Source of the DNA: Yuukianura sp. NJ FZ-2021
Taxonomy: Eukaryota
Reading direction: 5' to 3'
DNA length: 64,000 bases
Assembly (NCBI GenBank): GCA_046563655.1
Contig: CM102289.1
Span: forward strand, 3,038,001 to 3,102,000
Position numbers and translations under genes: made by a program. Under the pieces are notes generated by a model. The model did not search any database. It was not told where the DNA came from and saw only the letters and a list, made by a program, of their open reading frames with translations. How positions within the stretch are numbered: the stretch's first letter is position 1; each line of letters starts with the position of its first letter. Shown here in pieces: positions 63,601 to 64,000 of the stretch.

Positions 63601-64000
63601 CGGATTCAGCCGAGAAACCTGACAAGCAAGTTTGATAAACAACAAATTTCGTTGGTAACGCTTCAGACAGGACTTGAACACCCGAAATTAAAATTTTTCT
63701 GTATTTATGTTAACAATGTGCTTAGAAGCTTTCACTTTCTCCGGATAAAGAAAAAATTTGAATGTTATCTTCAACAGAAAATTTTCAGACGGATTCAGCC
63801 GAAAAACCTGACAAGCAAGTTTGATAAACAACAAATTTCGTTGGTAACGCTTCAGACAGGACTTGAACACCCGAAATTAAAATTTTTCTGTATTTATGTT
63901 AACAACGTGCTTAGAAGCTTTCACTTTCTCCCGATAAAGAAAAAATTTGAACGTTATCTTCAACAGAAAATTTTCACACGGATTCAGCCGAAAAACCTGA
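45688..64000. repeat. 189-bp tandem satellite array, about 96 head-to-tail copies, running off the window end; higher-order repeats
   Basis: Monomer aagctttcactttctcc(c/g)gataaag...gtgcttag recurs every 189 bp (ORF track spacing 189). Only about 8-10 recurrent variable sites; one HindIII (AAGCTT) and one HpaI (GTTAAC) site per monomer; degenerate partial monomer at 45688-45790. Confidence 0.99.

Noticed and set aside
45771..63870. Long + strand ORFs (up to 829 aa) and about 90 60-aa minus-strand ORFs as genes
   Set aside because: They are by-products of a 189-bp tandem repeat: non-ATG starts on +, recurrent frameshifts, mostly non-synonymous variation and no recognisable domain.
45752..64000. 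CRISPR-like or RNA-gene (5S, tRNA, snRNA) array
   Set aside because: No unique spacers and no cas genes; I could not recognise a tRNA, 5S or snRNA sequence in the monomer.

Overview
Eukaryotic, AT-rich, gene-dense genomic DNA with short GT-AG introns (mostly about 60-230 bp). The gene content (mu-class GST, a divergent 7TM chemoreceptor-like gene, an F-box/LRR-like gene, intron-containing genes of apparent microbial origin) suggests a non-insect hexapod such as a springtail; this is inference, not an identification. Positions 1-45.5 kb hold about 18 spliced or single-exon genes: a GFRP-like protein, two tandem UDP-glycosyltransferases flanking a GR/OR-like receptor, two cytochrome P450s, a divergent SIFamide-type neuropeptide precursor, a kinesin-light-chain-type TPR protein, a mu GST, a GMC oxidoreductase with a duplicated last exon, a secreted Cys-rich DPBB-like protein, an F-box/LRR-like protein, a heme peroxidase, aminopeptidase N, an intronless alpha carbonic anhydrase, a bacterial-type RlpA lytic transglycosylase with an intron, a compact C2H2-SET-postSET protein and WDR6. 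From about 45.7 kb to the window end lies a homogeneous 189-bp satellite (about 96 copies) with 7-, 9- and 21-mer higher-order repeats and a CENP-B-box-like motif in each monomer, starting about 250 bp from the WDR6 start codon. The most interesting points are the domesticated RlpA, the SIFamide paralog with an extra amidated peptide, paired IR1 nuclear-receptor palindromes in a tiny UGT intron, a P450 lacking the I-helix Thr, the ZF-SET gene and the centromere-like satellite. All exon structures and family calls were made by eye, without database searches.
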